Source: Nitrososphaerota archaeon
Lineage (GTDB): Archaea; Thermoproteota; Nitrososphaeria; Nitrososphaerales; UBA57
Direction: 5' to 3'
Assembly (NCBI GenBank): GCA_016871995.1
Contig: VHBL01000005.1
Location: forward strand, 1 to 32,000
Length of the DNA stretch: 32,000 nucleotides
Part shown: piece by piece, positions 23,605 through 32,000 of the stretch
Position numbering within the stretch: the stretch's first letter is position 1
Layout of the letters: every line of letters starts with the position of its first letter
Position numbers and translations under genes: made by a program
Notes under the pieces: generated by a model
Databases searched by the model: none
What the model was told of the DNA's origin: nothing
What the model saw: the letters and a program-made list of their open reading frames with translations, nothing else

Positions 23605-24609
23605 TTAGTTCCGAAATATAGGGCTATTTGGCAGATTCTTTGCGGTCTTTGACAGCTTGTCAAATTCTGCATCGGTGAACACCTTGAATTGACTGTAAAC
23701 GCTTCTGTACTTCCTTCCATCATCGCCGAATATTGCAACTATCCTTGCACCTCTATTTTCTTTGGCAACTTTCAATGCGGCTGCAAGTACTGCACCCGAA
23801 GACGGCCCTACGAACATATTCTCCTTCTCTACAATTGCCCGAACCGTTGCAAAGGCTTCATCGTCCTTGATCTCAAGCCATTGATCTATGACTTCCTTCC
23901 TTCTTTCAAGAAGTGTCGGCAGATTCGACTCTCCAGTATTCCTCAAGCCCTGTATATGATGCCCTTTCTGAGGCTCGACAGCGATTATCCTGATATTTGG
24001 ATTCTTCTCCTTGAGGAACTTTCCAACTCCCGTTATCGTCCCTCCCGTGCCTATCCCAGCAACAAAATGTGTAACTTTGCCCTCAGTATCCCTCCAGATT
24101 TCGGAACCAGTGCCGTAATAATGTGCCATGAAGTTGGCATCATTCTCATACTGGTTAGGCATGAAATAGTCGCCTGGATGCCCCCTAACGATCGCGGTAG
24201 CCAGGGCAATAGACTGGTCTGTGCCTGGGCCGACTCTTGGACACAAATCGTCCTCAGTTTCAAGAACCTTCACGTCAAACCTTTTCAGAATGGCTTTTGT
24301 TTCGTCGCTGACCTTGTTCGGTATCACGACCTCGAACCTGTATCCTAACGCTTTTGCAATTCCTGCTAAGGCAATTCCCGTATTTCCCGAAGTTGGCTCC
24401 ATGATTACAGACTTGCCTCTCTTCAAAAGACCGTGCTTCTCCGCCTCAGAAACCATCCACGACGCTGGCCTATCTTTTATCGAGCCAAAGTTGTTGTACC
24501 ATTCTAATTTTGCAAATATCTTTGCATCGTTAACGCTGAAAGCCTTAAGCTCGATCTGAGGAGTGTTTCCTATATTCTCGGTGCTGTACTTTGTTACTGC
24601 AGTCTTCAT
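23605..24609 (-). CDS. Cysteine synthase family PLP enzyme (CysK/CysM or O-phosphoserine sulfhydrylase type)
   Basis: PLP-lysine motif GSIKDRPA. Also has TSGNTGIALA and the GIGTGGTITG phosphate-binding loop. Confidence 0.9.
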   Translation of the reverse strand: MKTAVTKYSTENIGNTPQIELKAFSVNDAKIFAKLEWYNNFGSIKDRPASWMVSEAEKHGLLKRGKSVIMEPTSGNTGIALAGIAKALGYRFEVVIPNKVSDETKAILKRFDVKVLETEDDLCPRVGPGTDQSIALATAIVRGHPGDYFMPNQYENDANFMAHYYGTGSEIWRDTEGKVTHFVAGIGTGGTITGVGKFLKEKNPNIRIIAVEPQKGHHIQGLRNTGESNLPTLLERRKEVIDQWLEIKDDEAFATVRAIVEKENMFVGPSSGAVLAAALKVAKENRGARIVAIFGDDGRKYRSVYSQFKVFTDAEFDKLSKTAKNLPNSPIFRN

Positions 24610-24615
24610 TGTTGT

Positions 24616-24870
24616 TTAACTCGCCTTTTTCTGTATCAGGAATATCAGGTCTTTGCCATCCTTTCTAATGGACAAAAGGGCATTGCCCGTCCTCTTGGCC
24701 CACCTTGATATGTCTTCCTCCGCTCCAGGATCATCGGCCCATATTTCAACGACATCTCCATTACTCACCTTGTCTATCTGGCTCCTAGTCCTGAATACAG
24801 GTTCGGGGCAGAACAACCCCCTCGTGTCTAATGTAACCTTTGGAGCGCTCGTGTTTTCGGGCTTTGCCAT
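24616..24870 (-). CDS. tusA: TusA/SirA-family sulfur-carrier protein
   Basis: LDTRGLFCPEPVFRTR carries the conserved CPxP active-site motif. 84 aa. Ends 6 bp before the start of the cysteine synthase gene. Confidence 0.85.
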   Translation of the reverse strand: MAKPENTSAPKVTLDTRGLFCPEPVFRTRSQIDKVSNGDVVEIWADDPGAEEDISRWAKRTGNALLSIRKDGKDLIFLIQKKAS

Positions 24871-24994
24871 TCTAAGACGTTCCCGTTTTCAGTTTCTTTT
24901 AAGTGTTAGCTCCTTTTTGCATCCACATAGACTTATACCGTAAGTGCTAAAGGCAAAGTGATGGAGCTGCTAGTAGGCTTCGAGAGGCAATAGC

Positions 24995-26284
24995 ATGAAG
25001 AGAACGTATTATTCCTCCGATCTCATTCAAGAGCTTAGAGGGAAGATTGTTACTGTTGCAGGCTGGGTTGAGGACGTTCGCCTTTTAGGCTCCCTGGCCT
25101 TCATTACGCTGAGGGACTCGAAAGGGGTTTGTCAGCTCGTTGCCAAGAAGCAGGATCTGAACAATGAACTCTTTGATGTCGTATGTAAAAGCCCGAGGCA
25201 GAGCAGCATAATAGCACAAGGGATAGTGAAGGATAGCAAGGCGAAGAATGTCCCTGTTGAAATTCAGATTCAGCAGTTTCAAATACTGACGAACGCAGTT
25301 CCCCCTCTCCCCCTAGATCCAACTGGTAGGGTAGATGCGAACATGGACAAGAGGCTTGACGTAAGAGCCCTTGACCTTAGGAACCCAGAGAACCTTGCAA
25401 TCTTCAGAATAAGACATTTTGCTTTGCAGAGCATAAGGAAATCTCTCATTGAGCAGGGCTTCTTGGAGGTGAATACTGCCAAGATAATCGGGCAGGCAGC
25501 AGAGGGAGGAGCAAACTTGTTTTCGCTTGATTATTTTGGCAAAAAGGGTTACCTAGCTCAAAGCCCCCAACTGTACAAAGAGCAGCTTACGATGGCCTTG
25601 GACAGGGTCTTTGAAATCGCATCTTTCTTCAGGGCTGAAAAGTCTCATACCAGAAGGCACCTCAACGAATTCACGAGTGTAGATATCGAGGCAGCATTTG
25701 CGGACGAGGATGACGTAATGAGGGTTCTTGAAGATATGGTCAAAGCATCAATAGATAGCATCAGAAAGGAATGCGGTAAGGAACTATCCATACTTAATCA
25801 TGATTTGGAACCTTTGGACAAGATTGAGAGAATAACTTATTCCCAAGCTGTAGATGAACTGAAAAGTTCAGGAATTGATATGAAACATGGAGACGATCTC
25901 ACAGATCAGTCCTTAGGAGTCCTTGCAAACAAGCATCCTTCGTTCTTCTTCCTTGTTGAATGGCCTGCATCGCTGAAGCCATTCTACATTGCCAGAAAGG
26001 ATGGTACCCAAATTAGCAGGTCTTTTGACCTGCAGTTTGGAGCATTAGAGCTTTCTTCCGGAGGCATGAGAGTCTCCAGCAGGAAGGAGCTGGAGCGGAG
26101 ACTGAAAGAAGCTGGTCTGTCGATAGAGAGTTTCGCTTCGCATCTGGAGGTCTTTGACTGGGGGATGCCCCCTCACTCAGGTTGGGGCTTGGGCCTTGAT
26201 CGGTTCATGATGGTGCTGACTGGGAAGGCTAACATCAGGGATGTTGTTCTCTACCCGAGAGACCAGTTCAGGTTCACTCCCTAG
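24995..26284 (+). CDS. aspS: Aspartyl-tRNA synthetase, archaeal type
   Basis: N-terminal OB-fold anticodon-binding domain. Class II motifs FRAEKSHTRRHLNEFTSVDIE and GLGLDRFMMVLTG. 429 aa. Confidence 0.95.
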   Translation: MKRTYYSSDLIQELRGKIVTVAGWVEDVRLLGSLAFITLRDSKGVCQLVAKKQDLNNELFDVVCKSPRQSSIIAQGIVKDSKAKNVPVEIQIQQFQILTNAVPPLPLDPTGRVDANMDKRLDVRALDLRNPENLAIFRIRHFALQSIRKSLIEQGFLEVNTAKIIGQAAEGGANLFSLDYFGKKGYLAQSPQLYKEQLTMALDRVFEIASFFRAEKSHTRRHLNEFTSVDIEAAFADEDDVMRVLEDMVKASIDSIRKECGKELSILNHDLEPLDKIERITYSQAVDELKSSGIDMKHGDDLTDQSLGVLANKHPSFFFLVEWPASLKPFYIARKDGTQISRSFDLQFGALELSSGGMRVSSRKELERRLKEAGLSIESFASHLEVFDWGMPPHSGWGLGLDRFMMVLTGKANIRDVVLYPRDQFRFTP

Positions 26285-26548
26285 AGTTCTTGTGCCATAG
26301 TCTTTCGACAGCACATACATGAAGTTCGGATCACGAATCGACAACTTTACTGTATTATTTCGCTTTATTTTCACTATAGCAAATATTGAAGCGATAATAG
26401 CGGCGATGGCTATGATAGCAGGAAACAGAGGCTCTGCACTAGTTTCTTGAGCATATGCTAGTGGAGTAAACGTGCTCAAGGCTAGCAGGAAGATCAAAAA
26501 CCCGTATGCTCGATTTAGATTCAAACCTTGCGCCTTTTTGCAGGCCAT
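26177..26548 (-). CDS. Small secreted/membrane protein (signal peptide, short linker, TM, KIKR); 3' extent uncertain
   Basis: The signal-peptide-like N-terminus GFLIFLLALSTFTPLAYA is followed by QETSAEPLFP, then a TM (AIIAIAAIIASIFAIV), then KIKR. The last 108 bp overlap the aspS 3' end on the opposite strand. Confidence 0.4.
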   Translation of the reverse strand: MACKKAQGLNLNRAYGFLIFLLALSTFTPLAYAQETSAEPLFPAIIAIAAIIASIFAIVKIKRNNTVKLSIRDPNFMYVLSKDYGTRTLGSEPELVSRVENNIPDVSLPSQHHHEPIKAQAPT

Positions 26549-26601
26549 GTATTATAGGTTATAGTCTTTGTGAAATCTGGATATAGGTCTCAAATCTGAA
26601 T

Positions 26602-27807
26602 CTAAAGTGCCTTGTAGTTGTCAGACCAGTTTGCATAGGCTCTGAGCATCTCCACAGAAACGCTGGGCTTTCTAGTCTCAAGAACTTGCTTGAAGTCCTC
26701 AAGAGTAATCGGTCTAGGCTGGCTATCCTTGTCTGCACCCCGGCCACTCTGGAATAATTCACGAACAACTTTCAGCTGCAGGGCTTGGCAGATATCCCTA
26801 GTGTCGCTACCAGAATAACCGTCGGTAAGTTCGGCGAGCTCGTCTATGCTGATTTCAGGATCCATCTTCAATGGTGCAGTGTATAGCCTCAACATTTGAG
26901 CGCGAGCTTCATTGTTAGGGAGAGGGACATGGATTCTCTTCTGGAACCTTCGCAAAAAGGGCCAGTCAAGTGTCCAAGGCTTGTTCGTAGCACCAATGAC
27001 ATAAAGATGCAAGTTCTTGCCCTTGTCGGTTATGCCATCCATCTCTTTGAGGAACTGATTCCTTACTCTTACTTCTCCTCCAATCTCTTGGCTCCTCGTC
27101 CCTAGCAGTGAATCAATCTCGTCGATGAAAATCACGACAGGTCCATTTTCAATCATCTTGCGCATCGACTGAAAGAGCTTGGCAACGTTCTTTTCGGCTT
27201 CCCCAAGCCATTTTGACATTATAGATGCGGCATCAACATTGACAAAGTAGCCATCAATTTCTGCCGCTGTTGCAGCTGCTAGCATCGTCTTTCCACAGCC
27301 AGGGGGACCATAAAGGAGAACTCCTCTAGGCCAGCCAAGAGGGAATAGGTCAGGCCTTTGAACGGGGAAGGTTATCGCTTCCCTGATAGCGTTCTTGGCC
27401 TCATCAAGGCCAACAACCTCGTCCCACTTGACATTGGGCTTCTCCTGCATGACAAGCTCGTTATATGAGGCTTTGAGGGACTCGACCACTCCGGGTGATG
27501 ATGCGTTGGTTGAAGTACTGGATTCGTCCGAGACTTCCTCTCCCCGTTCGGGATTGTCGTCTGGCGGCAACAAACCATGGGCGCTTTGCAGGGCCTTTAT
27601 TCTCTCCTGATAAGCCATGGCCCTGTCCATGTACAACTTGTTTAGCTTATAATCAGGATAAAGATGCGCTAGCTTGAGCAGGGTTTGTATTGCTACCTGG
27701 TACATCTGTATGGCTTTGCCTCTCGCGCCATGCGAATCGTGCCTGATCGCTTCTGCAGCGTACCTGGTCGCGGTTTCTTCGAGTTCTTTGGCAGCCAACA
27801 CGCTCAT
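26602..27807 (-). CDS. cdvC: CdvC / Vps4-like AAA+ ATPase (MIT domain plus AAA)
   Basis: N-terminal three-helix MIT-like region. Walker A GPPGCGKT and Walker B VIFIDEIDS. Second region of homology present. Its start overlaps the cdvB stop (ATGA). Confidence 0.9.
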   Translation of the reverse strand: MSVLAAKELEETATRYAAEAIRHDSHGARGKAIQMYQVAIQTLLKLAHLYPDYKLNKLYMDRAMAYQERIKALQSAHGLLPPDDNPERGEEVSDESSTSTNASSPGVVESLKASYNELVMQEKPNVKWDEVVGLDEAKNAIREAITFPVQRPDLFPLGWPRGVLLYGPPGCGKTMLAAATAAEIDGYFVNVDAASIMSKWLGEAEKNVAKLFQSMRKMIENGPVVIFIDEIDSLLGTRSQEIGGEVRVRNQFLKEMDGITDKGKNLHLYVIGATNKPWTLDWPFLRRFQKRIHVPLPNNEARAQMLRLYTAPLKMDPEISIDELAELTDGYSGSDTRDICQALQLKVVRELFQSGRGADKDSQPRPITLEDFKQVLETRKPSVSVEMLRAYANWSDNYKAL

Positions 27808-28628
27808 ACTCCATCCCTCAAGTTAATTTTACCTTTGCTGGCAAGAGAAACTGCTGCCAGATCGACATCCTTTATCGGAAGCTGCAAGTCTGCGGCTGCC
27901 TCCATAACCGTGAACTTGCCGCCGTTGTTCCTGTAATAATGTTCAACTTTCGCCTCGACCGCATCACTTCTGGGCCTTGATAGCAGGACGGGTTTGAATT
28001 CTTCCTCTGCATCATCGGTAGCAGCAAGTGTTACCTTCTTCACAGAATCTATCATCTTGTGCTCCTTTGCCTTCGGAACACCCACCTTCAATTCAGAAAC
28101 CTTCTCCTCCGCAAACCTTTGAGCAGATTCTATTATGTCAGATGTAGAATCGTTCTCAAGATTAATTGCAATGTTTGGGGATACCTGTCCCAGATCCGTC
28201 ATCGTTTCTGTAAAGATTGCGTTGATTTCGTCTGTGACTAGGTTGAATGAAGGTATTATGCCTGACACTGATTTATTGGCCTTGCCTACTTCCTGCATTG
28301 CCGAGCTCATCTGGAATACTGCATCTCCAACATCACGCATGCTCTCCATTCTGGTTACAATTTGAGTGAGCGCTAATTGATTCGTAGTCACTACATGCAT
28401 AACCTTCTTCAGTTCTGCAAGTTCATTTACAAAGACAATGACCTTTGCCTCTTCCTTGCTTTGCTTGGCCTTGAGCATAGTTTCATACAAGCCCTTTCTC
28501 CTTGTTTCTAACCTTACCTTCAGATTATCTAATTCCCGCCTATGCACTTCTACTCCCCTGATTGCACGGTTTATCTTCTCCCGCAGTGCCTCTTTTTTCG
28601 AGCGCCTAAAGTAGGAGAGTATCTTCAT
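27804..28628 (-). CDS. cdvB: CdvB: ESCRT-III (Snf7-like) core with C-terminal winged-helix domain
   Basis: Long helical hairpin pattern typical of ESCRT-III (ANELAELKKVMHVVTTNQLALTQIVTRMESMRDVG...). The C-terminal region of about 60 aa (VEHYYRNNGGKFTVMEAAADLQLPIKDVDLAAVSLASKGKINL) looks like a wH. Confidence 0.85.
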   Translation of the reverse strand: MKILSYFRRSKKEALREKINRAIRGVEVHRRELDNLKVRLETRRKGLYETMLKAKQSKEEAKVIVFVNELAELKKVMHVVTTNQLALTQIVTRMESMRDVGDAVFQMSSAMQEVGKANKSVSGIIPSFNLVTDEINAIFTETMTDLGQVSPNIAINLENDSTSDIIESAQRFAEEKVSELKVGVPKAKEHKMIDSVKKVTLAATDDAEEEFKPVLLSRPRSDAVEAKVEHYYRNNGGKFTVMEAAADLQLPIKDVDLAAVSLASKGKINLRDGV

Positions 28629-28762
28629 GTGCTATCATTCTATGTTAACTATTGCAAACGAGAATTTACATCGAAAAAATGTGGGCGTATCGACCAAAAC
28701 CCCTGCACCCCAAGGCGGCAGTTTGGAATTTGCAGAGGCTTGATCGACACGGTAATGCCTTC

Positions 28763-29407
28763 TTACGAGGGAAGGCCTAGCGAATCACTCGATTGGATGG
28801 AGGGTGGTAGATCAGGGAACTTGTCCTTCATGCGCTGCTCTGCGACGGCTGATGCTTCTCCGAGGATCTTCTCTGCTTCCTCTCCTGCTGCTTCGAAGTT
28901 CAGCGTGTAGCCTCCCATCTGGCCTGCGTCGACGAGTATGCCGCTTAGTAGCCCGCTTATTTCGCCGATTTCGTGCTCTGCTTCTGGAAGTACTGACATC
29001 AGGCCCGACTTTACGTTTTTTATGACTGCCATCGCTGGAGTCAATGTGACTACTACGTCACCGAGTTCCTGCACAGTGTTTAGCCTTAACACAATTTGTT
29101 CAAGCGCCAACTTTGCGGATGAAACCATTTTGTGCATCTTTCTTACTTCTGCAAGCTCGTTCGCATAGACCGTTGCATGATCCATGTCATGCTTCTGTAT
29201 CGAAGATACTACTCGGCTGAAGATAGAAGTATCTCTCTCCCGAAGCTTTGTAGCTGTGTGGTCAAGTCTGCTGACTTGCACTTGTATTTGTCGTATAGCC
29301 TGCTCAAGCCTTGGTTTGAGAGGGCCTGCTGGTCTGACTGATCCCTTTATCCGTTCTCCTAGACCCGTTGTCTGAGGTTTTGCCCACCTAGAAGTGAACT
29401 GCGACAC
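28763..29407 (-). CDS. ESCRT-III paralogue (CdvB1/2-like, no wH) with proline-rich MIM2-like C-terminus
   Basis: Same core pattern as CdvB (ANELAEVRKMHKMVSSAKLALEQIVLRLNTVQELGD). It ends ...KDKFPDLPPSIQSSDSLGLPS. GTG start. Confidence 0.8.
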   Translation of the reverse strand: MSQFTSRWAKPQTTGLGERIKGSVRPAGPLKPRLEQAIRQIQVQVSRLDHTATKLRERDTSIFSRVVSSIQKHDMDHATVYANELAEVRKMHKMVSSAKLALEQIVLRLNTVQELGDVVVTLTPAMAVIKNVKSGLMSVLPEAEHEIGEISGLLSGILVDAGQMGGYTLNFEAAGEEAEKILGEASAVAEQRMKDKFPDLPPSIQSSDSLGLPS

Positions 29408-29507
29408 TATAACACCTTGGCGAATTGTCTACAGGTTTTTTTCTTAGAGGGGGTAGTAAAGAAAATTATACTCTATGGTAGTATTGACTAAAGTAAGTTT
29501 GACTTTT

Positions 29508-30293
29508 CTAACTTAACATGCTAGTCCTGAAATCGAAATTAGCCGTCAATAGGCGTGAAAAAAAGGTTTCGAGTTTGCTGAACTCCATTTGATATCTGCT
29601 TAGGAGATTAGGGTTCATTTCCTTATGGACGATTCCTATCGAAATATCTGCCAACTTGAAGGCTGGGTTGTCAAACTCTGAATCTCCCAGATACATTATC
29701 GGGCCATTCAAACCTAGCTCATTTTTCACTCTAGCTAAAGCTGTACCTTTGTCAACCTTTATTGGATAAACATCAGCAAACGGATTAGCATCAGACTCCA
29801 CAACATAGAGGCCCAGTTCTCTGCATCTATACAGAAAGGGACTGATAATCCTTTGAGCGTTCATCCAATTGCGCGACATTCTCCAATCCACGCAAAATGC
29901 AAACAAATCCCCATCACTACTGATTTTTCTCTCTATGATCAAATTGTCTAGCATCTTAGCGATTCTGAGAGATTCGTTATACGCTTTATCTACTATCGCA
30001 GTTTTCTTTAGCGCCCGTTGGTCCAAGAATCGTGTGTTCCTTGTTTGCAGCTCTAACCCGCATATAGTAGCCGTTGCAGAGGCGAAGGGAACTTTTTCCT
30101 TGACGAACCTTAGATCCTTGGTTGTGATAACTGCCAGTGGAATTCTGCTGCTTACCTTCTTCAGAAGACTGAATAGGCTGGCTGGTATGGAGGTTTCTTC
30201 TCTGGACACCTCCAGCGGACTAAGCGTACCATCGTAGTCCGAAAATATGGCTTCTATCTTCACCTTAGAACACTCTGAAGTGTCATGCAGCAT
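29508..30293 (-). CDS. HAD-IIB phosphatase (trehalose-/sugar-phosphate phosphatase-like)
   Basis: Motif I FSDYDGTLSP (DxDxT) and motif IV LGDSEFDNPAF. A cap-domain-sized insert lies between them. Confidence 0.7.
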   Translation of the reverse strand: MLHDTSECSKVKIEAIFSDYDGTLSPLEVSREETSIPASLFSLLKKVSSRIPLAVITTKDLRFVKEKVPFASATATICGLELQTRNTRFLDQRALKKTAIVDKAYNESLRIAKMLDNLIIERKISSDGDLFAFCVDWRMSRNWMNAQRIISPFLYRCRELGLYVVESDANPFADVYPIKVDKGTALARVKNELGLNGPIMYLGDSEFDNPAFKLADISIGIVHKEMNPNLLSRYQMEFSKLETFFSRLLTANFDFRTSMLS

Positions 30294-30373
30294 TTTTCTC
30301 CTTAGAGAGCCTGCAAGAAGAGAGCGATCCGAAATAAATATTTTTTTACTAAGATAGCGGAATTGCTAATGAC

Positions 30374-32000
30374 TTGAAGAAGCGAATAGGCGTTATAATG
30401 TATCAAACTAGTATGAGCAAGGGGCAGGAGCTCGTAGCTCAACGAATGGTTCGAGCATTCAGAAAGATAGGACACAATGCCTATCTCATCACGAGTCTAT
30501 ATCATGACGGCGACGAGGTTCTACCATCGGAAAGTCTACCAGATGATAAAAACTATGTGTATGCAGAAGATAGTGCGCTGGGAATCCCCGTTATCAGGGT
30601 TAATAGCTTTATTTCCAGATGGCCTCCTCGCAGAATAATCTTCAGGGATTTCATACACACGTTAGAGACCGTAGTGAATGACTTTAAGCTAAACGTCCTA
30701 ATAACCCATAGTACCCTTTGGAACGGTCCCGAAGATGTCACTAAATTCGTAGAATGGAGGCGTAATATACGGGATCTCGGCGGCTACCAAGACATTGTGA
30801 TATTCTGTCATATGTCGCATTTTCAAGAACCCTCGCCAAAAAGATATTCGCTTGTTGAACGCTCGTTTAGGGTAGCTTGGAACAGGCTATCCCTTACACA
30901 AATTTTCCGCGTTGCCAATCTACTGCTGGTTGTTACGCCGTATGGGGAAGAAGCGATGGTCAGAATGGGTGCGAATCGAAACAAGTGCCATTTATTCCCC
31001 GGCGGTGTAGACGATGAATCTTTTCTCAAATATGCGACCATAAGCGCAGAAGAGCTCTACAAACGGCTGAATCTAAAGAATGCCATAAAAATAGTATCTT
31101 ACCTTGGGACAATTGAAGAGCGCAAGAACCCTAAGGCAGTAGTCCAAGTTGCTGAAAAGTTGCAACATAGGCGGGATATTCACTTTGTTATAGCAGGTCA
31201 TGGGGATTCAAAATATGCTGATGAAGTGAAAAAAGCCGTGGAGAAACTGCCAAATGCCACCTACTTGGAAGAAGTTGACGAAAGAGAGAAGATGTTACTT
31301 ATCAAAGCGTCATATCTCAATGTTATACTAAGCAGGCTTGAAGCTCTTGGATTATCGCAACTTGAGTTCATGTTCCAGGGCGTTCCTGTAATTACTTCTG
31401 CCGTGGGAGGTCAATCGTGGCTTATTAGAAACAATGTGGAGGGCATACATGTCAAAGGCCCCGACGACATCGATGGTGTAGCAAAAGCAATCGAAATCTT
31501 ACTTGACGATCCGTCATTGCTGGATAGGCTCGCAATCAATGCAAAAAGCCGTGCAAGCGCGTTCACTTTTTCGAAATTGATCGATGATTTAGACATGGCA
31601 ATCACCCGGGCGTTCGTAAGAGAGAGCGGATTACAGCAGATCCCACCTGACGTAAGCTCTACATTGTCCGAACCGGAGCAGGTTATAAAAAGTTGGTCTT
31701 CTGGCTCGCGAAGAGTGGTAGCAACCAACCGAAGGCTATTCATCCAACATGGCTCCTTCTCCCGTCGAGTACTTGAGATCCCTTACAACAATATCACTTC
31801 CATCGAACATGCTAGGAGGTACCCAGTGATGACACTCCTGATAGGTTCGATTTTGAGTGCGCTCCTCATGGCAGAACCTTATCTGCGCCCGGTATTTTCA
31901 CGAACACTCATGGGGAGACTGGAGACGTTTCTTAGCTCACTGCTAACAAGCATCAACATACAGGACCCGCTCATTAGATTGTTGGCATCTAGCATATCAC
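30374..32000 (+). CDS. GT4-family glycosyltransferase fused to a C-terminal bacterial-PH (YdbS/YdbT-like) membrane module; 3' end outside window
   Basis: Not in the ORF track because it has no stop within the window. Hand translation from the TTG at 30374 gives (M)KKRIGVIMYQTSMSKGQELVAQRMVRAFRKIGHNAYLIT. The GT-B C-terminal motif is SRLEALGLSQLEFMFQGVPVITSAVGG. Then comes RVVATNRRLFIQHGSFSRRVLEIPYNNITSIE (bPH-like), followed by the TM VMTLLIGSILSALLM. Confidence 0.75.
   Translation, partial: MKKRIGVIMYQTSMSKGQELVAQRMVRAFRKIGHNAYLITSLYHDGDEVLPSESLPDDKNYVYAEDSALGIPVIRVNSFISRWPPRRIIFRDFIHTLETVVNDFKLNVLITHSTLWNGPEDVTKFVEWRRNIRDLGGYQDIVIFCHMSHFQEPSPKRYSLVERSFRVAWNRLSLTQIFRVANLLLVVTPYGEEAMVRMGANRNKCHLFPGGVDDESFLKYATISAEELYKRLNLKNAIKIVSYLGTIEERKNPKAVVQVAEKLQHRRDIHFVIAGHGDSKYADEVKKAVEKLPNATYLEEVDEREKMLLIKASYLNVILSRLEALGLSQLEFMFQGVPVITSAVGGQSWLIRNNVEGIHVKGPDDIDGVAKAIEILLDDPSLLDRLAINAKSRASAFTFSKLIDDLDMAITRAFVRESGLQQIPPDVSSTLSEPEQVIKSWSSGSRRVVATNRRLFIQHGSFSRRVLEIPYNNITSIEHARRYPVMTLLIGSILSALLMAEPYLRPVFSRTLMGRLETFLSSLLTSINIQDPLIRLLASSIS

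Noticed and set aside
23689-24348. Long 219-aa ORF on the plus strand
   Set aside because: It lies entirely antisense to the cysteine synthase gene, whose PLP motifs are unambiguous. The composition looks non-protein-like.
1-32000. CRISPR arrays, rRNA genes, IS elements and transposases
   Set aside because: I saw no regularly spaced direct repeats, no rRNA-like conserved stretches and no transposase-like ORFs on either strand.

Overview
Archaeal chromosomal segment. The lineage call is inference only: Cdv/ESCRT-III plus Vps4 division genes, archaeal type II GAPDH, deoxyhypusine synthase and a tRNA with a non-canonical insertion point to a TACK archaeon, most consistent with a Thaumarchaeota/Nitrososphaeria-like genome. 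About two thirds of the window is ordinary housekeeping: gap, nadE, membrane pyrophosphatase, dhs, guaB, aspS, cysteine synthase with TusA, Nnr dehydratase, and cdvB/cdvC. Four parts are accessory or unusual. (i) 1-2478 looks like the end of a mobile element, with a BglII/BamHI-like restriction enzyme, an MT-A70 methyltransferase and a tyrosine integrase carrying a long coiled-coil tail. (ii) 3992-7350 holds a 1.4-kb ORF desert with frame-broken coding remnants, then a visibly GC-richer membrane-gene pair with a divergent MarR. (iii) 9252-12555 is a run of small unknown proteins with up to four wHTH-type proteins (ArsR-like and PadR confident, the others tentative), one of them membrane-tethered, bracketed by two GxGD-type intramembrane aspartyl proteases (A24 prepilin peptidase, presenilin/SPP homologue). 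(iv) 13484-16683 holds a 480-bp hairpin- and palindrome-rich non-coding region, a short XPF/ERCC4 nuclease, and a PD-(D/E)xK plus P-loop DUF2075-type nuclease-ATPase next to tRNA-Cys. Part (iv) is my best candidate for a defence-like or uncharacterised system. I saw no CRISPR array, rRNA or transposase. All family assignments come from motif recognition by eye; no searches were run.
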